From: a virus
Strand: one strand, 5' to 3'
Virus record (IMG/VR): IMGVR_UViG_3300045741_000352
Span: 6,490 to 70,489 of that record
Length of the DNA stretch: 64,000 nt
The notes beneath the pieces were generated by a model, which was not told the origin of the DNA, ran no database searches, and saw nothing but the letters and a program-made list of their open reading frames with translations. Below are positions 7,983 to 17,354 of the stretch, piece by piece. How positions within the stretch are numbered: the first letter of the stretch is position 1; every line of letters starts with the position of its first letter. The position numbers and the translations under genes were made by a program.

Positions 7983-8010
7983 TGACAGTGGGTAGTAAAA
8001 ATCGTATATT
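7982..8010 (+). promoter_or_regulatory. sigma70-type promoter candidate upstream of terL
   Basis: TTGACA (7982-7987), a 17-nt spacer, then TATATT (8005-8010). It lies about 95 nt upstream of the terL ATG. Confidence 0.55.
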
Positions 8011-8104
8011 TTCTGCTAACATACGCAAAGGCCATACGTATGTACTTTTCCAGCCCTCGTTGAGAGTGGGCACGCTCCCTCACTCTCGACTTACGCGAGA
8101 AAAT

Positions 8105-9601
8105 ATGCCGCAACTTACACTTGAATACATCGCATCACCCACCATCGCAAAATTCATACGCTCGGATAAGTTTTATGCGTTGTGTTGTGGCGCTAGAGGG
8201 TCCGGCAAGTCCACGGCGGGGCTGATGCGAACGATTATTCGAGCGAATCAACTCCCACCACAATACCACCCGCTTCGTTGGGCCGTTGTACGCGATACCC
8301 GCAAAAACATTGGCCTTACTGTCGCACGCACCATACGCAAATGGTGCCCCGAACCTTATGCAAAATGGCGAGGTAAACCAGAAGAACCTGAATCCTGTGT
8401 GATCTACATCAAAGGCAAACCTCTGGTCCATTTTGATTTTTTTGGTGTGAACTCTCCAGGGGATCATGACCGCTTTCAGTCCTACGAAGCATCTGGTGGT
8501 ATATGGCTCGAAGAACCCTGCCCCTTAGCCACCAACACCGAATTTGTGGCATCTGGTATCGCTGAATCTGTGCTGGCTTCGGCGCAAACATCAGTACGTG
8601 GTGGGCCAAATCCCTCTATCCAGATTACCATGAACCCGCCTTCCGCTGATCACTGGACAGCACAACTTTTTCACTTACCAGGCTTTGAAGCTGCTGGTGA
8701 TGATGAAATGGAAATGCCACCTGAAGCCATAGAGCAACGAAAGAGAATACGCGAATCCGCCGATGTCTTCATGGTGCCCCCCTCCGAATGTGCTGCTGAG
8801 AAAGAAACACCGGGGTATACCGAACGTAACCGACAGATACTTCTGGCGACAGGTCGAACGGACCTCCTTGCGCGTCTCGTGGATGGTCGTATTGGCTACG
8901 CACAGGTTGGGGAACGTGTCACACCTGAATTTTCGTCGATGCACATTGTCAATGGGCTCACCATTATCCCACGTGTGCCTATTATTCTCGCATTTGACTT
9001 TGGACTGAATGCCACGTGTATTGCAGCGCAAATTACCCCACAGGGATACTTACACATTCTGCGAGCCTGGACACGTGAGAACGCGGGAATGAAGCAATTA
9101 CTTACCACCGATGTGCAACCATGGCTTGCACAGCAGCCTGTGGAATCCTGGTGGTATTGTGGCGGACCTGAAGCACGTGAACGTGAGCAATCGGACTCTG
9201 AAGAAACTGCGCTACGCATGATTGTGAACACACTTGGTAATGCGTCGTATCGTGCCGGACCTGTCTCGTGGTCCGCACGTCGTGATGCACTGAGAGACGC
9301 GCTGACACGCACGCCTGGCGGACTCACGTGGATTCGCGTTTCTCAACAAGGTGCCGCACTGCTTATACGGGCACTGGACGGTGGTTGGCATTACCCAACA
9401 GATAGTATGGGGCATATTAGAAATAACGGCCAACCAGATAAACGCAGCAAATGGGATCACTTAGGGGATGCTTTCTCGCACCTCTGCGCTGTGCTACTCA
9501 AGAAAACGGACAATTCCTCCAGGTCTGTGCAAAAGCAGCGTCCCTCGCTTGTGCGTCATAACCATACGGTATATACTGGTTCAACACGAACAGGAGTGTA
9601 A
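8105..9601 (+). CDS. terL: terminase large subunit
   Basis: In-frame ATG at 8105 within track ORF 7685..9601 (MPQLTLEYIASP). Walker A is CCGARGSGKST and a Walker B-like IWLEEP follows. The C-terminal half has conserved acidic residues (DHLGDAF) consistent with the nuclease domain. Confidence 0.85.
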   Translation: MPQLTLEYIASPTIAKFIRSDKFYALCCGARGSGKSTAGLMRTIIRANQLPPQYHPLRWAVVRDTRKNIGLTVARTIRKWCPEPYAKWRGKPEEPESCVIYIKGKPLVHFDFFGVNSPGDHDRFQSYEASGGIWLEEPCPLATNTEFVASGIAESVLASAQTSVRGGPNPSIQITMNPPSADHWTAQLFHLPGFEAAGDDEMEMPPEAIEQRKRIRESADVFMVPPSECAAEKETPGYTERNRQILLATGRTDLLARLVDGRIGYAQVGERVTPEFSSMHIVNGLTIIPRVPIILAFDFGLNATCIAAQITPQGYLHILRAWTRENAGMKQLLTTDVQPWLAQQPVESWWYCGGPEAREREQSDSEETALRMIVNTLGNASYRAGPVSWSARRDALRDALTRTPGGLTWIRVSQQGAALLIRALDGGWHYPTDSMGHIRNNGQPDKRSKWDHLGDAFSHLCAVLLKKTDNSSRSVQKQRPSLVRHNHTVYTGSTRTGV

Positions 9602-9606
9602 GAACT

Positions 9607-9822
9607 ATGCCGCGAAAAACTGTGTGGGAACCGGCATCTTCGGACGAACTGAAGCGCTTTGATGGTTTGTTAGATACTATCATTCAGATGTCAACGACAT
9701 ACAAAGATAGCTTGCACACAGCACTCACGGCAAAGAGTAATCTTGATGTCGATGACGTGGTAAAATACACCACATCAATGCGTTCCGCTATTACCGAAAT
9801 TGAAAGTCTGGTGCGTGATTAA
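9607..9822 (+). CDS. hypothetical protein
   Basis: Track ORF of 71 aa, tightly following terL. Confidence 0.45.
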   Translation: MPRKTVWEPASSDELKRFDGLLDTIIQMSTTYKDSLHTALTAKSNLDVDDVVKYTTSMRSAITEIESLVRD

Positions 9823-9841
9823 CTAGAGGGGTCGTTAATAC

Positions 9842-10879
9842 ATGGAACCGTTTATGCTCGTGGCTCCGGGCGGTTTACGTGATCCGGGGAGTAGCGGGCT
9901 CCTGGTGCGTTCGGCGCTCAATACACTGCTGGCACGCACGCTTACCGCCCCGGCGGCAGGTATTACAGTGAGCAACGGGGATGGGGTCTCTGGTAATCCG
10001 ACCCTGGCCCTTGCGAACGATCTTGCTGCATTGGAGGCGATGGCAGGTACAGGGTTGGTAGCGCGGACGGCCTCAGAAACGTATGCACAGCGCACGATCA
10101 CTGGTACGGCCAATAAGATTGTGGTCACGAATGGAGACGGTGTGAGTGGGGCACCCGCGCTTAATACGGGCTCGCTCGTGGTCCACACCGACCAGGCAAA
10201 TACGTGGAGTACGGGTGCACAGGATATGAGTGCGGCGACGAGTCATCTTGTGCCTGTCAGTGCGGGTTATGCTCCAACGGTAGATGGGTCTATCGGCTTT
10301 GATTCGACGCAGAAAAAATATGTGTCGGGAAGTACCACCTCGGGGAATACCGGGAGTTTCCCACGTGTACTCTCCTTCCAACAAAGCACTTCAGATACGG
10401 TTGCGAACGTCGATGCAGGGGCAACGACTGGAAGTGGAAAAGCCTTTGCGACCACCTATACTATCCCCGCGAACACGTTGCGGACAGGAAAGGTTTTGCG
10501 CCTCTCTGTGGGTTTTCTCTATAATAGCCCAGCCTCTTCAGCGTCAGTACAATTCCGTGTCCGTATCAATGGTGTAGATATTTGCAAGAGTTCGGCAAAT
10601 ACGGCCAGCAGTATCACTAGCTTGAGTATGTTTGCCCAATATATCATCTGGGGCACAGCGGCTCCCGGCGCCAGCGTCAGCGTTGGATGTATGGCGGTGA
10701 ACGGCACGATTGTGGGTGGAGGGGCAGCGGGGTTTGCTGCGAATACCATTGGACCAGAGGTGTCTGGCGTGACGACAAATGCCAATGAAACACTAGACAT
10801 GACTATCCTCTACGGAGCCAATACACCGACACCACATAACTATTCCATGCGCTTTATGATGATTGAGGAGCTGAATTAG
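9842..10879 (+). CDS. fibre-like structural protein
   Basis: 345 aa, Gly/Thr/Ala/Ser-rich. The motif ITVSNGDGVSGNPTLAL / IVVTNGDGVSGAPAL occurs twice, as seen in phage fibre proteins. gagggg lies upstream of the ATG. Confidence 0.5.
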   Translation: MEPFMLVAPGGLRDPGSSGLLVRSALNTLLARTLTAPAAGITVSNGDGVSGNPTLALANDLAALEAMAGTGLVARTASETYAQRTITGTANKIVVTNGDGVSGAPALNTGSLVVHTDQANTWSTGAQDMSAATSHLVPVSAGYAPTVDGSIGFDSTQKKYVSGSTTSGNTGSFPRVLSFQQSTSDTVANVDAGATTGSGKAFATTYTIPANTLRTGKVLRLSVGFLYNSPASSASVQFRVRINGVDICKSSANTASSITSLSMFAQYIIWGTAAPGASVSVGCMAVNGTIVGGGAAGFAANTIGPEVSGVTTNANETLDMTILYGANTPTPHNYSMRFMMIEELN

Positions 10880-11160
10880 TGGCACTCGTACTCAACCAAT
10901 TGCCCTATAAAGTCAAACTCACGTCCAGAGCTACGGACTCAGCGCAAACGGGATGGCTCGTAGGTTTGACAGTAACAGACACGACAGGGGCATTAAGTAA
11001 GCGAACGACCACTATCAACGTTCCTCAAAATGTGAATTGGGAAGATTTTTCTCAGATGATCCGGTCAGAAATTGGTATCGCCATGGTAGTTGATGCAGGA
11101 GGGCGAGCAGCTTTTATTGATTTTCTGATTACCAACAATGTTTTACTAAATATCCTGTAG
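10879..11160 (+). CDS. hypothetical protein
   Basis: Track ORF of 93 aa with a GTG start overlapping the upstream stop by 1 nt. Confidence 0.4.
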   Translation: MALVLNQLPYKVKLTSRATDSAQTGWLVGLTVTDTTGALSKRTTTINVPQNVNWEDFSQMIRSEIGIAMVVDAGGRAAFIDFLITNNVLLNIL

Positions 11161-11167
11161 GGCTCAT

Positions 11168-12199
11168 ATGCCAGCGCCAAAGAAAAATGTCGCTTACAGC
11201 TTTGATGTGATGTTGCCGGATAGCGCGAACCCCGGCAAGTATAAAAGCAATCCGACGCTTGCAGCCGGAGACGTGAAAGTCACAAGTGACGAAGGCGCTC
11301 TTGCCAACATTACGAGCTTGCCAACGGTGAGCCCCGCAGCCGGGCGCAATGTGAAGGTTTCTCTTAGTCAGACGGAAATGAATGCTGACCGTATCTCTAT
11401 TGTTTTTAGCGATCAAACTGTTCCGCAAGAATGGGATGACCTTTTCATTTTCCTGTGTACAGAAAGTGCAACTCTAACAGATATTGACGGTAGGATTCCG
11501 AGTGCATTGGCAAGCAGTGGAAACATCAAAGCAGACATTGATACCATAAAAACAAATCCTGTTGTGAATGCAGGTACAGTAACATTTCCAACAACGGCGA
11601 CACTTGCAAGTACAACAAATATTACTTCTGTCGGCGCTGTCACAGGTGCAGTTGGTTCTGTCACAGGTGCAGTTGGTTCTGTCACAGCAGGTGTGACTGT
11701 TACAACGAACAACGATAAAACAGGTTACGGTTTATCTGCTGCGGCAGTACAAGCTGTATGGGATGCGTTGACATCAGCACTGACTACAGCGGGAAGTATT
11801 GGAAAATACCTACTTGATCACATTGTAGGAACACTTGCTGCGGGGACGCATAATCCACAGACAGGTGACGCATACGCACGTCTCGGTGCTCCAGTTGGGG
11901 CGAGTATAAGCGCGGATATTGCCGCAGTAAAAACGCAGGTAACGTCTACAGGTGTCGCGCTTACATCAGCAGAAAGAAACTCAGTTGCCGATGCCTTACT
12001 TGACCGCACTGATGGAGTAGAAACGAGCGTCACAGTACGTCAGTCGTTGCGCCTTGCGAATGCCGCAAATGGTGGAAAAACAGACGGTATGGCGACAACA
12101 ACTGCACATTTGCGTGATCTCGCTGACACAAAAAACCGTGTAACAGCTACCGTAGATGCAAATGGAAATAGAACCGCAGTAACGAGGGATTTGACGTAA
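11168..12199 (+). CDS. hypothetical structural-type protein (Thr/Ala/Val/Gly-rich)
   Basis: 343 aa with the internal duplication GAVGSVTGAVGSVT. Composition is fibre- or decoration-like. No family recognised. Confidence 0.45.
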   Translation: MPAPKKNVAYSFDVMLPDSANPGKYKSNPTLAAGDVKVTSDEGALANITSLPTVSPAAGRNVKVSLSQTEMNADRISIVFSDQTVPQEWDDLFIFLCTESATLTDIDGRIPSALASSGNIKADIDTIKTNPVVNAGTVTFPTTATLASTTNITSVGAVTGAVGSVTGAVGSVTAGVTVTTNNDKTGYGLSAAAVQAVWDALTSALTTAGSIGKYLLDHIVGTLAAGTHNPQTGDAYARLGAPVGASISADIAAVKTQVTSTGVALTSAERNSVADALLDRTDGVETSVTVRQSLRLANAANGGKTDGMATTTAHLRDLADTKNRVTATVDANGNRTAVTRDLT

Positions 12200-12330
12200 T
12201 GTGGGGTGCTGCGTATTTTGCACCAAGATACTTTGCTGCACGATATTGGGGAGAAGTGGGGGCTGCACCATCTGGTAACAGCGCTACACGCATCTTTACC
12301 ATGGGACTTGTGCAAAATACAGGAGCATAA
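12199..12330 (+). CDS. small hypothetical protein (43 aa, below the track cutoff)
   Basis: Hand translation: the ATG overlaps the upstream TAA (TAATG). Product is MWGAAYFAPRYFAARYWGEVGAAPSGNSATRIFTMGLVQNTGA. Confidence 0.3.
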   Translation: MWGAAYFAPRYFAARYWGEVGAAPSGNSATRIFTMGLVQNTGA

Positions 12331-12333
12331 TAT

Positions 12334-12720
12334 ATGCCCACATCTCTTGTGCGAACAAAATTTCAAGTAGGTGCTACCTATCAGAACGATCTATCTTTTG
12401 GTCCGTGGATTTTTGAACGGGCAACACCTTTTGATTTATTTCTTGCAGTAGAAATTCAGATTGCAGCGACAACATTGGCGCAAATCATTGGTGGGGCGAA
12501 CCCTTCTATTGCAGCGATTACAACGATACAATTCTTAGTTATTCAACCAGATCAAAACGTGAAGATTGGTTTACATGGCGTCAACGCACAAAGTAGTGGA
12601 TTCAGTCAGGTTGCAGATGGTGTTATTATCATGGACAACATAAGCATGACATCTTTGAACATTTATAATACTGCATCTGTAACAACGACCATCTTTGTTG
12701 GCGTCGGAGGAACGGCGTAA
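12334..12720 (+). CDS. hypothetical protein
   Basis: Track ORF of 128 aa with caggagca upstream of the ATG. Confidence 0.5.
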   Translation: MPTSLVRTKFQVGATYQNDLSFGPWIFERATPFDLFLAVEIQIAATTLAQIIGGANPSIAAITTIQFLVIQPDQNVKIGLHGVNAQSSGFSQVADGVIIMDNISMTSLNIYNTASVTTTIFVGVGGTA

Positions 12721-12721
12721 T

Positions 12722-14788
12722 ATGCCGCAAACTCTCTATAACTTTATTGATCTCACGTCTGAGCAAGAGCGCAAACTTACGGAGCAGGTACTTCGTCACA
12801 AAGATGAAGCAATGCTTGCACGTGGTGATTTCCCACTGCGCCATGCTGACCGTTATCGTCGTTACCTTGCTGATCCCACACTACGCCCACCCGGACCCTG
12901 GCCTGAATCTGCGCGTTTATTTGTTCCAACGACCCGCGATGTGCTTGAAAGACTACACGCTGAAGTATGGCAGGCGCTTTTTTCAAACATGCTTCAAATA
13001 CAGATGAGACCTTTTGGTGACACAGATATCGCAGGAACAGAGATTGCCACACGCTTTTTACGTTGGACACTTGAACAGACGATTGAGTGGGAACAGGTGA
13101 CAGGTGATCTCATTTTTGATGCGCTACTTGATTCCGTAGGTGTAGCGCGTGTCTCTTCGTGGGAACCCCCCTGGCCTGCACCTTCAGAAGATGCACGACG
13201 TTTTTTACGGCGTCAGACACGCATTGAAGCGCTTGATCTTGGTATGCTGCTGGTCGCACCTGATGCAGAAGGGCTGCAATACCCGGAATGTCGTTTCATC
13301 CATCAAGAGTTTTTCCTGTCATATGACGATCTGGATCGTTTAGAACGTCGTGGTTTTGATGTGCCTGATTATGACAACATGGGCGATTCGCAGGTTCTTA
13401 CTGATCGTAAACGTATAGAGTTAGAGCGTGAAGGTGAGCGAGTCATTGAGTTCAAACCGGATTCCATTTATTACATTGACGCCTATGAACGATTCGTGTT
13501 TGACAAAGATATCGGGGAAGAAGATTGCATCGTGTCAATCTTTCCAGACGCGCAAGTGTTTGGTACCTCAGACAACACAGAATCGAACCACGGACGTATC
13601 GCAGGGGTCAGACGCCTTACAGACGTATTTCCACAGGATGACCGCCCACGACGACCATTCTTTCCCGTGAATTTTTGGCCCCAACCAAGGCAGTGGCGCG
13701 GCTTAAACATCCCGGATCGTCTTGAATCCATGCAGGACATGATCAACCGCTTGCACGAACAGTTGATCAATTACGGCGAAGTGTCGATGTTGCCGTTTGT
13801 ATTCGTCAATACCTTTCTCACAGGTGAGATACCTGACTTGCGTACAGTGCGACCAGGCACCACTGTGCCGATTGATGACATATCTGGTGTACAATTTGCA
13901 CCAACACGCTCACTCAACCGCCATTTCGCAGAACAAATTCAGATGATGCAGGCTAACGTTGAGCGTGATTCCAACGTGACAGACTTCAATCTTGGGCGGC
14001 AAGAAGGTGGTGCGACAGCGCCACGTACTGCCTCAGCAACCATGGCACTGCTCGCGCAATCGCGTAAGTCATTCGGTGTGCTTGTGCGTAGATCCGCTGT
14101 GCAGTTTTCGCGTATGTTGAGTTTTCATTTTCGCTTGTGGCAAGAGATTATCCCAGATGATACGTATGCAGGTATTTTTGATCCTGCTGAGAATGGTGCA
14201 ACTCACGTAGTGGCAAATAGCGACCAATACACAGAAGAGTCGCCAAATTTGTGGGATAGACTTTTCAATAAACAGGCGCTCACAGATAATGGACGTGTTC
14301 CTGATAAGCGCCGAGTAGCTTTACCCATCTCGAAAGAACAGTTGTCAGGTTTTTTTGACGCAAAAATTGAAGTGAATCCAGAACAGCAATTTGATCAACA
14401 GGTAATGGGTACACTGTACCAACTCACGGCACCTTCTTTGCAGCTCTACCCTGTTGGCCAGCGTTTACTTTTGCAGCGTATTTGGGGCGCATACGATCAA
14501 AAAGGTTTTGACGATGTGTACCCGGAAGAAATTGCACTTATGCAGACACAAAATGTGATGCTGGCGATGCAGGTACAGATTGCGACCTATGAAGGTCAGC
14601 TCAAGCAAATACAAGCACAGGAAGCACAGCAGCAGCTTCAACAATTGCAACAGGAAGCGCAGCAGTTTCATCAAACAGGCCAGGTTGGTCCCAATTTATT
14701 CGAGCTTGGACAGCACGCGCTTGGACCCGGCCCGGAGCAAAGTCAAAATGGAGCGGCACCAGCGGCACCTGCACCACAAGGAGCGTAG
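12722..14788 (+). CDS. putative portal protein
   Basis: In-frame ATG at 12722 (MPQTLYNF) preceded by ggagga. 688 aa is portal-sized, the C-terminal tail is Q-rich coiled coil, and the gene lies between terL and the scaffold/capsid genes. The assignment is by size and position, not by a recognised motif. Confidence 0.6.
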   Translation: MPQTLYNFIDLTSEQERKLTEQVLRHKDEAMLARGDFPLRHADRYRRYLADPTLRPPGPWPESARLFVPTTRDVLERLHAEVWQALFSNMLQIQMRPFGDTDIAGTEIATRFLRWTLEQTIEWEQVTGDLIFDALLDSVGVARVSSWEPPWPAPSEDARRFLRRQTRIEALDLGMLLVAPDAEGLQYPECRFIHQEFFLSYDDLDRLERRGFDVPDYDNMGDSQVLTDRKRIELEREGERVIEFKPDSIYYIDAYERFVFDKDIGEEDCIVSIFPDAQVFGTSDNTESNHGRIAGVRRLTDVFPQDDRPRRPFFPVNFWPQPRQWRGLNIPDRLESMQDMINRLHEQLINYGEVSMLPFVFVNTFLTGEIPDLRTVRPGTTVPIDDISGVQFAPTRSLNRHFAEQIQMMQANVERDSNVTDFNLGRQEGGATAPRTASATMALLAQSRKSFGVLVRRSAVQFSRMLSFHFRLWQEIIPDDTYAGIFDPAENGATHVVANSDQYTEESPNLWDRLFNKQALTDNGRVPDKRRVALPISKEQLSGFFDAKIEVNPEQQFDQQVMGTLYQLTAPSLQLYPVGQRLLLQRIWGAYDQKGFDDVYPEEIALMQTQNVMLAMQVQIATYEGQLKQIQAQEAQQQLQQLQQEAQQFHQTGQVGPNLFELGQHALGPGPEQSQNGAAPAAPAPQGA

Positions 14789-14791
14789 TAG

Positions 14792-15178
14792 TTGCTTAAT
14801 CACACACAGCTCACAGCCGAAGAACGTGGAGTACTTCGTACTTTAGTGCAGTCACCGGGGTGGAAATTACTTGTTAAAGAGTGGATGTTGCCGTGTATTC
14901 AACAGGCGACAGAACAACTTGATCGGCCTGGAAATCAATCCTGGCACCAGGACTATCAACGTGGTGTGAAAGCTATTCTCAAATCAATGATTGAGATAGC
15001 ATATAAGGCAGCAGAATTGCCAACACCTTTTGAGCGTAGTACACTGACACTACTTGCACTTTTTGATGATACGAAAGTTGAACAAATTGAAGTGCAAGAT
15101 AGCGACACACTTTCTGTGCTATCAAACAACATACCGGAACCTGTAAGGCGATCACAACGTGTCAGCCATCCAGTGTGA
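14792..15178 (+). CDS. hypothetical protein
   Basis: Track ORF of 128 aa with a TTG start 7 nt after aaggagcg. Confidence 0.45.
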   Translation: MLNHTQLTAEERGVLRTLVQSPGWKLLVKEWMLPCIQQATEQLDRPGNQSWHQDYQRGVKAILKSMIEIAYKAAELPTPFERSTLTLLALFDDTKVEQIEVQDSDTLSVLSNNIPEPVRRSQRVSHPV

Positions 15179-15383
15179 CAAACAAAAATTCACACTAAAA
15201 AAGGCTGCTACAACTGAAATTGTGCCTATAAATTGCCCACAGTGTAAAAAATGCTTGTGCGTAGCACAAATTCTATGTATCATAGAGCTGAAATGTACGC
15301 GATGTAACTCTGTGATACGCATTGAACCACAAGAGTCGCAAAGTTACCTACGTATCGGGGAGCTGTACGATGTGACACCATAA
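15159..15383 (+). CDS. Com-like zinc-finger protein
   Basis: 74 aa with two CxxC pairs (CPQCKKC ... LKCTRCNSVI). The arrangement resembles the Mu Com translational regulator. Confidence 0.45.
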   Translation: MSAIQCDKQKFTLKKAATTEIVPINCPQCKKCLCVAQILCIIELKCTRCNSVIRIEPQESQSYLRIGELYDVTP

Positions 15384-15439
15384 ATAGCAGTACAACACAC
15401 ATAGTTTATGTGTGTCAACAATTGTATACAGAGCCCCTA

Positions 15440-15478
15440 GAGGGCCAGCATTTTACACTTGCTGGCCCTCTTTTTTTT
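15440..15478 (+). terminator. rho-independent terminator
   Basis: Stem gagggccagca / tgctggccctc, followed by T8. Confidence 0.8.
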
Positions 15479-15582
15479 ATTTACGGTGTTCTCCGTAGAG
15501 CGTTGTCATCTGGGAATTGACAAAGGCTGCATACGCAGGACATTCCCAACTTTGTTAAGACACAGAAAAGGAAGAAACATCA

Positions 15583-16605
15583 ATGGCTGAAACCACCATA
15601 ACTCAATCTGACAGTGGCCCGGCTACGCTGGAACCCACGGCGATTGACCTGGAAACGGGCAGCACGTTTGTTGTAGATACTGAGACACACTCTACGGGGA
15701 CAGCACAAACACCACAGGAAATTGAACGTCTTCGTCTTGAAAATCAACAACTTGCACAGCAATTAGAGCGTCAACGGCAACAGAACTCAGGCGCACAGGC
15801 TGAAGCACGGAAGCTCGCAGAGCGCATCGCACGCCTCGAAGGTCGTGCTGAGGCTACGCCTGCAGATCAACGTGCAGCGGACAATGTTTTGCAGTCAACA
15901 GGTGGCCGTCGTCCAACGAAAGCACAAATTGCTGAAGGTCTTAATAAGTGGCTGCATAACGATGACAGTGGCCTTGATGTGTTTGAATCGCTGCTTACGA
16001 CGCAATCACAATCCGGCACGTCACTCACTGAAGATACTGTGCGCCGTATTGCAACGGAATCATTGCAACAGGCGGGTCGTGAGAGAACACTACGTGATAT
16101 CGTAGGGACAAGGCACCCGGAACTCGCTGACCCACGAAGCGATTTCTCAAAAGCGGTGTGGGATAACATCGACGCTTACAGTGATGATCCGATCAATCAG
16201 GCGCTTTACCCGAAAAGTAATGAACACATGGTGCTCATGGTTGGCCCAGATGGCTCAACAAAGCCGGTATCTGCTCAACACGTAGATCGTCTGGCGGTTG
16301 AAATGAAAGCACGTCTTGGTGTGTCGGAAGGGCGTAGGCAAGAAGCCCGTGATTCAACCATCGGCTCTGTGCAGTCGCGTGGAAATGGCAATCGATCATC
16401 GCGCAACGTTGTCGAAGCAGTTGATCTTTTAACACCCGGCGAAAAAGCCATGTTAAATGATCCGAAAATCCGTAAAGCGTGGCCGAAACTACCCGCAGAT
16501 GAAAAAGCCGCAGCAAAATATATCTACGACGGTTTATCGTCTGCTGAAAAAGCCAAGCGACTTGAAAACTATCGCACTACACAAGCACAAAGGCGGACAG
16601 CGTGA
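15583..16605 (+). CDS. putative scaffolding protein
   Basis: 340 aa, charged and Q/E/R/A-rich with coiled-coil character (EIERLRLENQQLAQQLERQRQQ). It lies between portal and capsid. The aaggaag RBS precedes the start. Confidence 0.5.
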   Translation: MAETTITQSDSGPATLEPTAIDLETGSTFVVDTETHSTGTAQTPQEIERLRLENQQLAQQLERQRQQNSGAQAEARKLAERIARLEGRAEATPADQRAADNVLQSTGGRRPTKAQIAEGLNKWLHNDDSGLDVFESLLTTQSQSGTSLTEDTVRRIATESLQQAGRERTLRDIVGTRHPELADPRSDFSKAVWDNIDAYSDDPINQALYPKSNEHMVLMVGPDGSTKPVSAQHVDRLAVEMKARLGVSEGRRQEARDSTIGSVQSRGNGNRSSRNVVEAVDLLTPGEKAMLNDPKIRKAWPKLPADEKAAAKYIYDGLSSAEKAKRLENYRTTQAQRRTA

Positions 16606-16919
16606 GCCGACGTACACCGCAAATGTTCAAATATCCCAATGCCGCCTACAATCCCTGGGAACAGCGGGTTGATTGGCGTTGGTCGTGCTCTGTGTGCGGT
16701 TTTAAGGGTATTGATCCTGAAGTCACACAGGAGCCTGAACAAGCGGTGTTCTCGACGCAAACAACAGGATCGACGTACAGCGTTGTAGCCGGTACATCTG
16801 TTGAAGGACTGTCGGCCATTGATAAAAATGTCTTTACGCAAGTAGGTACACACGCTGGCTGCCCTTTTTGCGGATCACCCAACTGGTCCTTCGGATCAGC
16901 TCCAGACCTTTTGTGGTAA
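16602..16919 (+). CDS. hypothetical zinc-ribbon-like protein
   Basis: Track ORF of 105 aa with a GTGA overlap with the upstream stop. It has CSVCG ... CPFCG pairs. Confidence 0.45.
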   Translation: MSRRTPQMFKYPNAAYNPWEQRVDWRWSCSVCGFKGIDPEVTQEPEQAVFSTQTTGSTYSVVAGTSVEGLSAIDKNVFTQVGTHAGCPFCGSPNWSFGSAPDLLW

Positions 16920-16930
16920 GGACAGACATC

Positions 16931-17119
16931 ATGGCGAAGAATTTCATCCAGAAAGCCATCAAACACAAGGGTGCTTTTACAAAAAAAGCAAAAGCAGCCG
17001 GTGAAACGGTGTCAGAGTATGCGGCAGAAGTCACAAAACCTGGATCAAAAGCATCGACACAGACAAAACGTCAAGCAAATCTGGCTAAAACGTTGAAAAA
17101 ACTCTCAAAAAAGAGCTGA
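16931..17119 (+). CDS. small basic hypothetical protein
   Basis: ATG at 16931 within track ORF 16868..17119. Product starts MAKNFIQKAIKHKGAFTKKAKAAG and is Lys-rich. Confidence 0.45.
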   Translation: MAKNFIQKAIKHKGAFTKKAKAAGETVSEYAAEVTKPGSKASTQTKRQANLAKTLKKLSKKS

Positions 17120-17120
17120 G

Positions 17121-17354
17121 ATGTCTGACATAACTTATGTATGCAAAGATGACCCCGAAGCGAACGGAAGAACACCGCAATTCGGAGATGTGCGGTATGT
17201 TTTGATGTTCCCACTTGAAGATGGACGCACTTTAAGTGTGTATATGGGACAAGACGGTTTGAATCACATAAAAGAAATAGTCAATCAAGCGCATAGTGAG
17301 ACGGCGATGGAACGCTTGATTGCGACGGTTGAGGGATACCATGAGAATCAATGA
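17121..17354 (+). CDS. hypothetical protein
   Basis: Track ORF of 77 aa. Confidence 0.45.
   Translation: MSDITYVCKDDPEANGRTPQFGDVRYVLMFPLEDGRTLSVYMGQDGLNHIKEIVNQAHSETAMERLIATVEGYHENQ

Noticed and set aside
7685-8104. N-terminal 140-aa extension of the terL ORF (track 7685..9601).
   Set aside because: The extension is read through the 30-bp tandem repeats and a consensus promoter. It has a low-complexity, odd composition (SPSAVLCYSH x3). The terminase Walker A lies shortly after the ATG at 8105, which gives a normal-length TerL.
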